Source: Agathobacter sp.
Lineage (GTDB): Bacteria > Bacillota > Clostridia > Lachnospirales > Lachnospiraceae
Length of the DNA stretch: 64,000 nt
Assembly: GCA_963596435.1 (NCBI GenBank)
Contig: CAVBMG010000006.1
Location: 5,938-69,937, forward strand
Direction: 5' to 3'
Under the pieces are notes generated by a model. The model ran no database searches and was not told the DNA's origin. It saw only the letters and a program-made list of their open reading frames with translations. Each line of letters starts with the position of its first letter. Position 1 is the stretch's first letter. The position numbers were made by a program, and so were the translations under genes. Of this stretch, positions 28,544 through 38,481 are shown piece after piece.

Positions 28544-30292
28544 GTGAAAGAGAAAAAAATAAACCCAATGGGACTTTTGCTGAAATGGGCGGGCAAAGAC
28601 AGAAAGTGGATCATATTGTCTGTAGTATGCGGCTTCATCAGCGGGATTCTGGGAATCGGTGCCTATATTGGAATTTACCGGTTAATGGATGCTCTGGTGA
28701 GTGGGAGCTGTAATGGGCAGACTGTCGTGGACAATGCCATATTGATTACTACGACAGTGATTCTAAGACACATCTTTCTGGGAACTTCGGGGGTACTGTC
28801 ACATAAGGGAGCCTATGGAGCGCTCTTTACTGTTCGCTGTATGGTGACAGAGCACTTATCTAAAGTTCCTTTAGGTGCATTAAATGAAAAAAGAACCGGA
28901 GACATGAAAACGGTACTGAATGAAGATATTGAGAAACTGGAGCGAGGGCTGGCGCACAATCTACCCGAATTTGTCAGCTACTTTGTAGGACCTTTTGTCA
29001 TATTTTTCTATCTGTTGTCTGTGAATGTAGAGCTGGCGCTGATTTCACTGGTTCCGCTTTTATTTGTAATAGGAATTATGGTTCTGATGTTTGCACGCAT
29101 GATGAGGGTTATGGACAGGGCAAGCGAGTCTGCCAGAAATTTTAATTCGGTTATCATCGAGTATATTCACGGGATGAGGCTGATTAAGGCTTATAACATG
29201 GGAAGTCAGTCTTTTGTAAAGTTCAAGGCAGCAATTGATTCAGAAAATGACCTATGGAATGAAATGTCTATAAAAACAGGCCCTTTATATGCGGCTTTTA
29301 ACATTGCGCTTGAGTGCGGCATGGTGTTTCTGGTTCCCATAGGTGGAAGAATGTTTCTTAACAGTTCTATCCCAGCCAGTGTATTTCTGCTCTTTGCCTA
29401 TGTAGGTTCCATGTATCTGACTGAGATACTGCCTTTGCAACAGCTTGCCATGGAGCTTGCACAGGTATTTGCCGGAGTCGGTAAGGTAAAGGAGATTCTT
29501 GACATTCCCGTGTTCGATGGGGAGAAGCCTTTTCCTGATAAGCAGGATATTACCCTGGAAGATGTGACTTTTGCCTATGATAAGGAAAAAGAAAATGTAC
29601 TGGAGTATGCCAGTATGTCTATGAAACAGGGTGAAAAGGTAGCCATTGTAGGAAAATCCGGTGCTGGCAAAAGTACGATCATACAGCTGATATCCAGATT
29701 CTATGAAGCGGATAAGGGCAATGTCTACATAGGCGGTGAGAATGTGAAGCATATCAATTATGAAGAGCTTCTCAAGCACATTGCAATCGTATTCCAGAAT
29801 AATTTCATGACACCAGGTACGGTGCTGGAAAATATCAGAATGAGCAGCGATGCTTCTCTTGAACAGGTGCGCAAAGCAGCAAAAGAAGCACAGATTGATG
29901 ATTACATCATGTCTTTGCCGGAGCAGTATAATACGAAAATGGGTACGATAGCAGCCAGATTCTCCGGTGGAGAGAAGCAGCGTATCGCTATCGCCAGAGC
30001 TATTCTGAAAAATGCGCCTATCCTGATTCTGGATGAAGCGACCAGTGCTGCAGACCCTGAGAATCAGACGCAGATTGACAAGGCAATCGCCAACCTGTGT
30101 AAGAACAAGACAGTGCTTATCGTTGCGCACAGACTTGATGTAGTAAAGATGTGTGATAAAGTAGCAGTGGTTGAGGATAGAACAATTCGTGCTTTCGGTA
30201 CGCATGAAGAAGTCCTTGCAACAAACGAATACTACAAAAATGCATGGAATACATATAAGGAGGCACGAAAAGTCAGATATGAAATCGCATAA
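28544..30292 (+). CDS. ABC transporter TMD-NBD half, IrtA/YbtP-like
   Basis: SHK.AY, D.EKLE..LAH.LPE, IEY..G...IK; GKSGAGKS, FSGGEKQR, LDEATS..DPEN. Confidence 0.88.
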   Translation: MKEKKINPMGLLLKWAGKDRKWIILSVVCGFISGILGIGAYIGIYRLMDALVSGSCNGQTVVDNAILITTTVILRHIFLGTSGVLSHKGAYGALFTVRCMVTEHLSKVPLGALNEKRTGDMKTVLNEDIEKLERGLAHNLPEFVSYFVGPFVIFFYLLSVNVELALISLVPLLFVIGIMVLMFARMMRVMDRASESARNFNSVIIEYIHGMRLIKAYNMGSQSFVKFKAAIDSENDLWNEMSIKTGPLYAAFNIALECGMVFLVPIGGRMFLNSSIPASVFLLFAYVGSMYLTEILPLQQLAMELAQVFAGVGKVKEILDIPVFDGEKPFPDKQDITLEDVTFAYDKEKENVLEYASMSMKQGEKVAIVGKSGAGKSTIIQLISRFYEADKGNVYIGGENVKHINYEELLKHIAIVFQNNFMTPGTVLENIRMSSDASLEQVRKAAKEAQIDDYIMSLPEQYNTKMGTIAARFSGGEKQRIAIARAILKNAPILILDEATSAADPENQTQIDKAIANLCKNKTVLIVAHRLDVVKMCDKVAVVEDRTIRAFGTHEEVLATNEYYKNAWNTYKEARKVRYEIA

Positions 30293-31970
30293 TCCATTTC
30301 GCAAAAATATAAAATTTGTTCTTGGAAGCATACTCACTGTGATAGAAGGACTGATGTCCTCTGTCGTGAATTTTGCAGTATTTATACTGGTTTTCTGGTT
30401 ATTAGAAGATAATATTGACCTGAATAAAATAGATACGCTTACACTGGCAGTCGTTGTCTGCTTTGCTCTGCGTTTCCTGTTCTATGGACTTGGCTATACA
30501 CTGGGGCAGATTGGTGGTGCAGCCGTTTCCAGGCAGATCAGGCTGTTTTTGGGAGACAAGTGCAAGCGGATTCCTCTTGGCAGATTTACCTCTGGTAAAG
30601 CCGGAGCCTACATCAATATTCTGACAGAGAATGTATCTAAATACGAAAGAATCCTTACGCATAAAATGCCAAACCTGATTAAAAACGGCGTCATTGCACT
30701 GATGATTATTGTCTTTGCAGGCATATTGTATTTGCCCGCAGGGCTGATTATGCTGGTGGCGGTTGCTCTTTTTATTCCTGAGCTTATGATTTCCTTTAAA
30801 ATTGCAGATACCTATGGAGGCAGGAAAGCAGTTATCTATAATAATACTGTCAGCAGTGTGGTCAACTATATCACGGGAATCCAGACACTACGTGCCTATG
30901 GAATGACTGGTGTCAAGAATGAAGCCCTGACCAGGGACTTAAAGGAATTCAGCGATATCAATTATAATTATGAGGCGAGGGGTATTCCTGTTTCATTCTT
31001 CTTCAATATTCTGCAATGGCTGACGCTTCCGGCGATTATGATAGTCAGCAGGGAACCCTGGCTTGAGGGACAGATATCCAGTGCGGATTTCATGATGCTT
31101 TGCATGGTTCCTATCCTGCTTGCCAGGATTCTGATGAGTATGGCAATAGATATCTTCAGCTTCAAGGATATGTATATTTCCAAAGAATATATTGTGAATC
31201 TTGCAAATGAGAAGGAAGAGGTACAGAATGATGAGCCATTTATGCCGGACAACTATACTATTCAGTTCCGTAATGTCTTTTTCTCCTATGAAGAAGGAAA
31301 AGAAGTGCTGTCTCATGTCAATCTGGTGATTCCAGCCGGTAAACTTACGGCAGTAGTAGGTGATTCCGGTTCTGGTAAATCTACCATTATGAACCTTATC
31401 GGAAAATATTATGAACCCGATCAGGGTGAGATTATGATAGGAAATGTCAATATCAGAGATTATCCATCAGAAGCAGTCCTGTCCAGAATCGCGCTGGTGG
31501 ATCAGGATGTCTTTTTATTCGATGATACGGTAAGAGAGAATATCAGGCATGCAAGACCGGAGGCAACGGATCAGGAGATTGAAGAAGCGTGCAGAAAAGC
31601 TAATTGTGAAGAATTTATCAATACAATGCCAGAGGGGTACGATACCAGAATCGGCGAGAATGGAAGCTTCTTATCCGGCGGTGAAAGACAGCGTTTGTCT
31701 ATTGCAAGAGCTATTTTAAGAGACAGTCCGATCATTCTGCTGGATGAAGCCACGGCTTCTCTGGATATTGAAAATGAATTAAAGGTAAAGAGGGCAATCC
31801 AGAATCTGTTACAGGAGAACAAGACTATCGTAATGATTGCCCATACATTGCCTATTATCCGAAATGCCGATCAGATCGTTGTTGTAGATCACAGGACAGT
31901 TGCGGAAGTCGGCACTCATGATTCCCTGATTCAGAAGCAGGGAAAGTACTTTAACATGTGGAAAGTGTAA
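30279..31970 (+). CDS. ABC transporter TMD-NBD half, IrtB/YbtQ-like
   Basis: RLFLGDK..RIPLG.F; GDSGSGKS, LSGGERQR, LDEATASLD.EN; ATG 30279 overlaps the upstream gene. Confidence 0.88.
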   Translation: MKSHNPFRKNIKFVLGSILTVIEGLMSSVVNFAVFILVFWLLEDNIDLNKIDTLTLAVVVCFALRFLFYGLGYTLGQIGGAAVSRQIRLFLGDKCKRIPLGRFTSGKAGAYINILTENVSKYERILTHKMPNLIKNGVIALMIIVFAGILYLPAGLIMLVAVALFIPELMISFKIADTYGGRKAVIYNNTVSSVVNYITGIQTLRAYGMTGVKNEALTRDLKEFSDINYNYEARGIPVSFFFNILQWLTLPAIMIVSREPWLEGQISSADFMMLCMVPILLARILMSMAIDIFSFKDMYISKEYIVNLANEKEEVQNDEPFMPDNYTIQFRNVFFSYEEGKEVLSHVNLVIPAGKLTAVVGDSGSGKSTIMNLIGKYYEPDQGEIMIGNVNIRDYPSEAVLSRIALVDQDVFLFDDTVRENIRHARPEATDQEIEEACRKANCEEFINTMPEGYDTRIGENGSFLSGGERQRLSIARAILRDSPIILLDEATASLDIENELKVKRAIQNLLQENKTIVMIAHTLPIIRNADQIVVVDHRTVAEVGTHDSLIQKQGKYFNMWKV

Positions 31971-32739
31971 CGCGGCATACTTCCTGTACCCAGAGATCCG
32001 CATCCAGCAGTAATTCTTCATGTTGAAGATCATATTCACAGATATCCGGGTTGGCAAAATACTTCTGGTAACGCTGGAGGTATTTTGCTCCCATTTTTTT
32101 CGCATAAAAGACATGAATTGTAGTGCCCGGAACCTGGATATGCTCCCCAACCTTCGTGTACAAGTCTGTACAAAATTGATTTTTCATGGATTCTTTGGAA
32201 ATAAACGAGAAATCCATGCCGCTGTTTACACCCATCATATCCATAAACTTCTTCATATAGTCTGAACTGTCATTTCCCTGATTCATTTTCTTTTCAAAGA
32301 CTTTCTTCAAAAGACCGCCGCCTTTTCCTGTAATCAACGGGTAGAACATAGGCATCATAATGGCTGTCTCCAGCTTCGCCAGCCACTTAGGCGCCTGATC
32401 CATATCACTGGAGCCGATGATCGCGTGGGTAATGTGAATGTTCTGGCGGCTGACCAGAAGTGAGACGAAGGAGCCGCCCAGAGAGCATCCATAGGCAGCG
32501 TAGAGTTTACCATTCAGTCGTTTTTTAATGTATGTTTCAATCTTTTCCACCTCGTCCAATTCGGAAAGAAAGGTAGAATTTTCCGTATCATCAAATCCAC
32601 TGTAGCTGACTACCAATGTATAGAAATGCTCCTGCAGCTTCTCCAGTACATGTCCGAAATTGGTCTTCCAATAACAACAGGTTCCCGGAAACAGCATAAT
32701 ACTGGGTTTCCCGGTATCTCCAAATTCATATACCTTCAT
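31951..32739 (-). CDS. Alpha/beta hydrolase
   Basis: GCSLGG nucleophile elbow, C-terminal HEE; overlaps the ABC 3' end by 20 bp. Confidence 0.75.
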   Translation of the reverse strand: MKVYEFGDTGKPSIMLFPGTCCYWKTNFGHVLEKLQEHFYTLVVSYSGFDDTENSTFLSELDEVEKIETYIKKRLNGKLYAAYGCSLGGSFVSLLVSRQNIHITHAIIGSSDMDQAPKWLAKLETAIMMPMFYPLITGKGGGLLKKVFEKKMNQGNDSSDYMKKFMDMMGVNSGMDFSFISKESMKNQFCTDLYTKVGEHIQVPGTTIHVFYAKKMGAKYLQRYQKYFANPDICEYDLQHEELLLDADLWVQEVCRVTLSTC

Positions 32740-32763
32740 AATGTGGTATGCTCCTTTTTATTC

Positions 32764-32779
32764 ATTAGTTATAACTAAC
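32764..32779. promoter_or_regulatory. GTTAG-N6-CTAAC-like palindrome upstream of the hydrolase
   Basis: ATTAGTTATAACTAAC, with a perfect 14-bp palindromic core. Confidence 0.65.
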
Positions 32780-32887
32780 CTGAATGTTAGCACCCCGGAT
32801 TTGCAATGTCAAGTTTCTGTCTAAATGGATTATCCATGTCTATTTTGGTATGGATAAGGAACAAATGTCGTGATACTATAGTAAACG

Positions 32888-32903
32888 GTTAGAATAATCT
32901 AAC
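32888..32903. promoter_or_regulatory. GTTAG-N6-CTAAC palindrome upstream of the second AraC/ABC operon
   Basis: GTTAGAATAATCTAAC, 18 bp before the ORF start. Confidence 0.65.
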
Positions 32904-32921
32904 AAAAATTAGGTTTATTGA

Positions 32922-33920
32922 ATGGAAGTGATAACTGGTTTGAAAGTAAACGAAATTGCAAATCTTGGAAATAATGTGAAAACAATGATTAAAAATGAGG
33001 GTTGCACTGTCCTGATGATGAATGATGCGACGGGAGAAGGCATTATGACTGTATATCAGGTCATGCCGGGTGTGATGATCTGTTTCTCTGATATGCATAT
33101 GGAGAAATGCGATTCAGAGTTTGAATTGCAGAAGGATAAAAAGGTTCTGTGTATCGATCATTGCAGAGAAGGCAGAATTGAAATGGAGGTACAGCCCGGT
33201 GTGTTCAGTATCATGCAGGAGAATGAGCTGAGACTGGACAACAGGGAGAATCATAAGGGGACAACGTATTATCCTCTGCGGCATTATCATGGGGTGAGTG
33301 TATTCATGGATGTGGAGGAGACGCAGAAGGCGCTGGATACTATGTTTCATGGTTTCTCTGTGGATATCGCACAGCTGCGTATGCGGTATTGTACGCAGGA
33401 TAAGCCTTATGTTATCCGCAATGATGAAGGGTTGAGCCGTATCATATCCAGCTTCTATCAAAGAAATATGGAAAGACCTGAGATATCGGCATCCAAGGAA
33501 TATTACCAGATCAAAGTAGTGGAGATGCTGCTGTATCTTGAGGCAATGACGGTGGAGAACAGCAGGGAGATCAGACCTTACTATTATAAAACGCAGATGG
33601 AGAAGATCAAGGCGGTACATGCGCAGATCACAGGAGATCTCAAGACCAGATTCACCATAGAAGATCTGTCATCCATGTACGATATGCCTGCTACGACCAT
33701 GAAGAAATGCTTTAAAGACGTTTATGGAGATTCCATCTACTCCTATCAGAAAAGATACAGAGTCAATGTGGCGGCAAGTATGCTGATGCAGGATGCAAAC
33801 AGAGAGATACAGGATATAGCTGCCTGTGTCGGATATGAGAATCCGGGGAAATTCTCGGTTGCTTTTCGCAGTGTGATGGGGGTATCTCCGGCAGAATACA
33901 GAATCAGGAAAGAAGGGTAA
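32922..33920 (+). CDS. AraC family regulator (PchR/YbtA-like)
   Basis: IDHCREGR.E, YPLRHYHG, TTMKKCFK.VYG, VGYENPGKFS.AF. Confidence 0.9.
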   Translation: MEVITGLKVNEIANLGNNVKTMIKNEGCTVLMMNDATGEGIMTVYQVMPGVMICFSDMHMEKCDSEFELQKDKKVLCIDHCREGRIEMEVQPGVFSIMQENELRLDNRENHKGTTYYPLRHYHGVSVFMDVEETQKALDTMFHGFSVDIAQLRMRYCTQDKPYVIRNDEGLSRIISSFYQRNMERPEISASKEYYQIKVVEMLLYLEAMTVENSREIRPYYYKTQMEKIKAVHAQITGDLKTRFTIEDLSSMYDMPATTMKKCFKDVYGDSIYSYQKRYRVNVAASMLMQDANREIQDIAACVGYENPGKFSVAFRSVMGVSPAEYRIRKEG

Positions 33921-33925
33921 TTGAA

Positions 33926-35722
33926 GTGAAAAAAGAAAAAGACAGCTGGTTAGGGGTGCTGCTTAGTTATACGGATGGAAGTGGGAGAAGGATGCTCCTG
34001 TCAATTATTTTATCCATCATAAGTGTTATCAGCGGACTTATCCCATATTATTGCATATACAGGGCAATAGACCTGTATATCAGAAATATCAACAATGTTC
34101 CTATACAGGATATTGTCAGATGGTGTCTCTATGCACTGTTGTTCCATGTAATTAAGATTGTGTGTTTCTCAGCATCCACCTGGATATCGCACATTGCTGC
34201 CTATCATATTCTGGAGGGGTTGAGACTCAGGCTGACAGACCGCTTCCTCAAGGCTCCGCTGGGAGATGTGGAAGGACACAGCATTGGTGAGATCAAGAGC
34301 ATTATGGTGGAAAAGATCGAGAACATGGAACCGCCTATTGCGCATATGATTCCTGAGGGAAGCGGACATATATTATTGCCGGTAATCAGTATCATAGCGC
34401 TGATCGCTCTGGATTGGCGAATTGCTCTGGCGGCACTTGTAACGGTTCCATTATCCATGGTATTCATGATTCTTACCATGGTCATAAGCGGCAAGAGCTT
34501 TACCCAGTATGATGAATCCAATGCCCATATGAACAGTACAATTGTGGAATACATAGAGGGAATTGAAGTAATTAAGGCTTTTGGCAGAGCCGGCACTTCT
34601 TATGAGAAGTATTCTAAAGCTATTCTTGATTATAAGAAATTCGTTGTGAAATGGCTCTCATCTACGTGGATTACCATGAAAATGACATTTGCACTGTTTC
34701 CCTCCACGCTTCTTGGAACTTTGCCGGTAGGTCTGTATCTGACCATTCACGGACAGCTTACGATATCCCAGCTGGTGCTTGCAGTGATGCTGTCCATGTC
34801 CATGGTAACGTCTTTTGCCAAGATAGAAGTGTTCATGGAGAGCATTCGTGAGATGAAGTACAACATAGAGAGTATTCAGGGATTGCTTGATATGCGGGAA
34901 CTTTCTGAACCTTCCAGACGAGCGCAGATCACGAACCATGATATTCAATTAAAGAATGTTCATTTCTCCTATACAGGAGAGGCAAAAGACGAAGTACTTC
35001 ACGGGATTAACCTGGATATGCCCTCTGGAAGTTATACCGCGCTGGTCGGTCCAAGTGGCGGCGGTAAATCAACAGTTGCCAAGCTCATATCCAGATTCTG
35101 GGATGTGACTGGTGGTGAGATTACAATAGGTGGTGTAAATGTGAAGGATATGCCACTTGACCAGCTCTCAGAAATGGTCAGCTTCGTAACACAGGATAAC
35201 TTCCTGTTCCGATGCTCCATTATGGAGAATATACGTCTCGGTAATCCGTCTGCAACTGACGAACAGGTAAAAGAAGCTGCAAGAAAAGCCTGCTGTGAGG
35301 AATTTATTGAGAAGCTTCCACAGGGCTATGATACCCCTGCTGGTGAGGCAGGTAAGCGCTTATCCGGTGGAGAAAAGCAGAGAATTGCCATTGCCAGAAT
35401 CATGTTGAAGAATGCGCCGATTGTTATACTGGATGAGGCAACGGCTTTTACCGATCCTGAGAATGAGGATAAACTGCAAAGAAGTATAGAAGAATTGACC
35501 AAAGGCAAGACACTGCTTGTTATTGCACACAGATTATCTACGATAACAGATGCAGATCAGATTGTTGTCTTAAAGAATGGACGCATAGAAGCAAAAGGAA
35601 CACAGGAGCAGCTGCTTGAGAATTGCCCGTTGTATGAGAGAATGTGGCAGGCACATGTAGGCGCAAGACACTGGGCAGTTGGAGGTCAGAAAGGAGGCGA
35701 ACCGATATGTTCAAGACAGTAA
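33926..35722 (+). CDS. ABC transporter TMD-NBD half, IrtA/YbtP-like
   Basis: SHIAAY.IL..LR, E.MEPPIAH.IPE, VEYIEGIEVIK; GPSGGGKS, LSGGEKQR, DEATAF.DPEN. Confidence 0.9.
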   Translation: MKKEKDSWLGVLLSYTDGSGRRMLLSIILSIISVISGLIPYYCIYRAIDLYIRNINNVPIQDIVRWCLYALLFHVIKIVCFSASTWISHIAAYHILEGLRLRLTDRFLKAPLGDVEGHSIGEIKSIMVEKIENMEPPIAHMIPEGSGHILLPVISIIALIALDWRIALAALVTVPLSMVFMILTMVISGKSFTQYDESNAHMNSTIVEYIEGIEVIKAFGRAGTSYEKYSKAILDYKKFVVKWLSSTWITMKMTFALFPSTLLGTLPVGLYLTIHGQLTISQLVLAVMLSMSMVTSFAKIEVFMESIREMKYNIESIQGLLDMRELSEPSRRAQITNHDIQLKNVHFSYTGEAKDEVLHGINLDMPSGSYTALVGPSGGGKSTVAKLISRFWDVTGGEITIGGVNVKDMPLDQLSEMVSFVTQDNFLFRCSIMENIRLGNPSATDEQVKEAARKACCEEFIEKLPQGYDTPAGEAGKRLSGGEKQRIAIARIMLKNAPIVILDEATAFTDPENEDKLQRSIEELTKGKTLLVIAHRLSTITDADQIVVLKNGRIEAKGTQEQLLENCPLYERMWQAHVGARHWAVGGQKGGEPICSRQ

Positions 35723-37470
35723 AACGAATCATTCGCTGGTGTGGAACTTTTAAGAAGAACTTATATATTGGTTTTGTATTTTCCTTCTTCTCAGGGTGGT
35801 TCGCTGCAATGCCCGTTATATGGGCGGCATTTCTGATAGGCAGACTTGTAGAAAGTGCAGGAAGAGGAGAAACGGTCAGTACGGCATGGGTAGGCAAAAG
35901 CACAGGGATTCTGTTGCTTTTTATCTTCCTTCGATTTCTCTTTGATTATCTGAGAGCAAGATTTCAGGAGGCAATCAGCTATGAACTGATCGCCAGAGAC
36001 AGACTGGCAGTAGGAGATGCGTTAAAGAGAGTATCTCTTGGATATTTCCAGAATATGAATACCAGTACAATATTAAATTCCATCACAACAGGACTTCATA
36101 CCCTTGAGGGCATGGGAATCCGTATGATTGATAATTTCGTTGGCGGTTATCTGAACTTTGTGTGTATCCTTCTGTGGCTGACGTATATTAACTGGAAAGT
36201 TGGTCTGATTGCCATAGCAGGGGCTGTGCTGTCTCTTGTATTCCTTCTTGTCATTTCCAGATACAGTACGCAGAATGCGCCAGTCCTTGCTGAGGCGAAC
36301 AGAGATCTGACCGGGGCAACACTGGAGTATGCCAGAGGTCTTGCGGTTGTAAAATCTTTTGGCAGAGCAGGGGCTTCTATGGATGCCATGAGAAAAGCCT
36401 GCAGAGACAGTCGTGATATCAACCTGAAGATAGAGTGGGGCTATATTCCTTTTAATGCACTGCATCTTCTGGCGCTGAAGACAGCAAGTGTGGCAATTTC
36501 CGTTGCAGCTTTTTATCTTGGAATTACTGGTCAGCTTGATTTTACTTCTGTGATTCTGGTGGTGCTGCTGTCATTCCATATATTCGGATCATTAGAGCCG
36601 ATATCAGACTGTGCACATGTACTGGCAATCATAGATGACGCGTTGGATCATCTGGATGCACTGACAGGAGAATCCTTTATTGATGCAGATGGCAGACAAA
36701 TAAAGATTGACCATTATGATATCGAGTTCAGAAATGTTGACTTTTCCTATGGAGAGGGACAAAGCAGGAGACAGGTGCTTCAAAATGTCAGCTTCAAAAT
36801 CCCTCAAAATACAGTGACTGCAATCGTAGGTCCATCGGGAAGTGGCAAATCTACCATATGTAATCTGATCGCCAGATTCTATGATGTGGACCGCGGAAGT
36901 GTCAGCGTAGGGGGACACAATGTGAAAGAATTCACATGCGACAGCCTTTTATCCAATATATCCATGGTATTCCAGAATGTGTATCTGTTCCATGATACCA
37001 TAAGAAACAATATATGCTTTGGTAAGCCGGATGCGACGCAGGAAGAAATGATAGAAGCGGCGAAGAAAGCGTGCTGTCATGACTTCATCATGGCATTGCC
37101 GGATGGCTATGATACGGTGATCGGAGAGGGTGGAGGAAGCCTGTCCGGCGGTGAGAAGCAGCGTATCTCCATAGCAAGAGCGATATTAAAGGACGCGCCG
37201 ATCATCATACTGGATGAGGCGACAGCCAGTGTCGATCCTGAGAATGAACATCTCATTCAGGCAGCAATATCTGAGCTTACCAGAGGTAAAACAATCGTAA
37301 CGATTGCGCACAGACTGGCAACAATTGAACAGGCAGACCAGATTCTGGTTGTTGATGACGGACAGATCGTCCAGAGAGGAACACACAGTCAGCTTGTGCA
37401 GGTTCCGGGAAAATATAAAGATTTCGTAGACATCAGAAGTAAATCAGAGGGGTGGCACATAATAGGATAA
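35707..37470 (+). CDS. ABC transporter TMD-NBD half, IrtB/YbtQ-like
   Basis: RL.VGD.LKR.SLGYF, LEY..G..VVK; GPSGSGKS, LSGGEKQR, DEATASVDPEN; AGGAGG RBS before ATG 35707. Confidence 0.9.
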   Translation: MFKTVKRIIRWCGTFKKNLYIGFVFSFFSGWFAAMPVIWAAFLIGRLVESAGRGETVSTAWVGKSTGILLLFIFLRFLFDYLRARFQEAISYELIARDRLAVGDALKRVSLGYFQNMNTSTILNSITTGLHTLEGMGIRMIDNFVGGYLNFVCILLWLTYINWKVGLIAIAGAVLSLVFLLVISRYSTQNAPVLAEANRDLTGATLEYARGLAVVKSFGRAGASMDAMRKACRDSRDINLKIEWGYIPFNALHLLALKTASVAISVAAFYLGITGQLDFTSVILVVLLSFHIFGSLEPISDCAHVLAIIDDALDHLDALTGESFIDADGRQIKIDHYDIEFRNVDFSYGEGQSRRQVLQNVSFKIPQNTVTAIVGPSGSGKSTICNLIARFYDVDRGSVSVGGHNVKEFTCDSLLSNISMVFQNVYLFHDTIRNNICFGKPDATQEEMIEAAKKACCHDFIMALPDGYDTVIGEGGGSLSGGEKQRISIARAILKDAPIIILDEATASVDPENEHLIQAAISELTRGKTIVTIAHRLATIEQADQILVVDDGQIVQRGTHSQLVQVPGKYKDFVDIRSKSEGWHIIG

Positions 37471-37584
37471 AAAAACGATGAATTAATCATTTTAGATTGT
37501 TCTGTTTATATTTTCTTTAAAATTGCATATACTGATATTGTAAGGAAAGTAAGGAATCCATTACTGCCCAAAGGAGGTCTATAT

Positions 37585-37827
37585 ATGGAATTAGCAAAAG
37601 TAACATCAAAAGGACAGGTAACGATACCTATTGAAATTCGTAAGAAACTTGGAATCAAAAATGGTGATAAAATATTGTTTGTTGAAGAATCTGGAAGAGT
37701 GTATATGATGAATTCATCTATGGATGCATTGCGTGAAGCACAAAAGGCGTTTGAAGGTGAAGCAGACAGACTTGGATTGAGGAATGATGATGATGTAATG
37801 GCAATGATTAAAGAAATTAAGATGTAA
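37585..37827 (+). CDS. AbrB/MazE/SpoVT family DNA-binding protein (antitoxin-like)
   Basis: AKVTSKGQVTIP.EIRKKLGIKNGD.ILF; AGGAGG RBS. Confidence 0.88.
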   Translation: MELAKVTSKGQVTIPIEIRKKLGIKNGDKILFVEESGRVYMMNSSMDALREAQKAFEGEADRLGLRNDDDVMAMIKEIKM

Positions 37828-37834
37828 AGGAGCT

Positions 37835-38476
37835 GTGAGTCATATGAAATACGTAGACATGCCGCTTGCCATGTGGCTGATATTTGCAAAATCATTCAGA
37901 AACAATCTGACAACTGTCTTGGGAATCGAGCCAGCTAAGGCAAAGGAGATTACCAAAAAGGCGAAACGCAAATATAAAGAAATCATAGCCAGGATTCCTG
38001 AGTTCGAGAAGAAAGACAGATTTAAAATGAATCTGGTAAACTGTGCCATGTTTTCCGCATTTCTGCTTACACTGCCTACACTTCCAGATGTAGATGCAGC
38101 AACAGAATATTATAAAAAGTCCATGATGACAGGTCTTATGGAGTGGTTCTGCAGACAGAGCGGCAAAAGCCAATATTCTCCATCAGATATTCGTGGAATG
38201 CAGGAAACAGCAGCACTCAGAGCCGGCGATAGAAACCCTTATTCCTGGAACATGGATTTCCGGGAATATGAAGATGGAAGCGGATACGAAGCGAAATTCT
38301 ATACCTGTGGAATCTGCACACTCATGACAGAACTGGGATTAAAGCAGCTGATTCCTGCTATGTGCCGCCTTGACTATTCAATGAGCGAGGCTGGCGGTGT
38401 AACCAATTTCGTCAGGGAATACACATTAGCATCTGGCGGTCCTTACTGTGACTGTGGCTATAAGAAGAGACAATAA
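37835..38476 (+). CDS. ATC-hydrolase family protein (L-2-amino-thiazoline-4-carboxylate hydrolase-like)
   Basis: F..CGIC.L....G.....PAMC..DY.M......F.RE.TLA.GG..CDC Cys pattern. Confidence 0.75.
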   Translation: MSHMKYVDMPLAMWLIFAKSFRNNLTTVLGIEPAKAKEITKKAKRKYKEIIARIPEFEKKDRFKMNLVNCAMFSAFLLTLPTLPDVDAATEYYKKSMMTGLMEWFCRQSGKSQYSPSDIRGMQETAALRAGDRNPYSWNMDFREYEDGSGYEAKFYTCGICTLMTELGLKQLIPAMCRLDYSMSEAGGVTNFVREYTLASGGPYCDCGYKKRQ

Positions 38477-38481
38477 CGAGT

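Noticed and set aside
29285..30337. 350-aa minus-strand ORF
   Set aside because: Antisense shadow of a conserved ABC ATPase domain; no recognisable motifs
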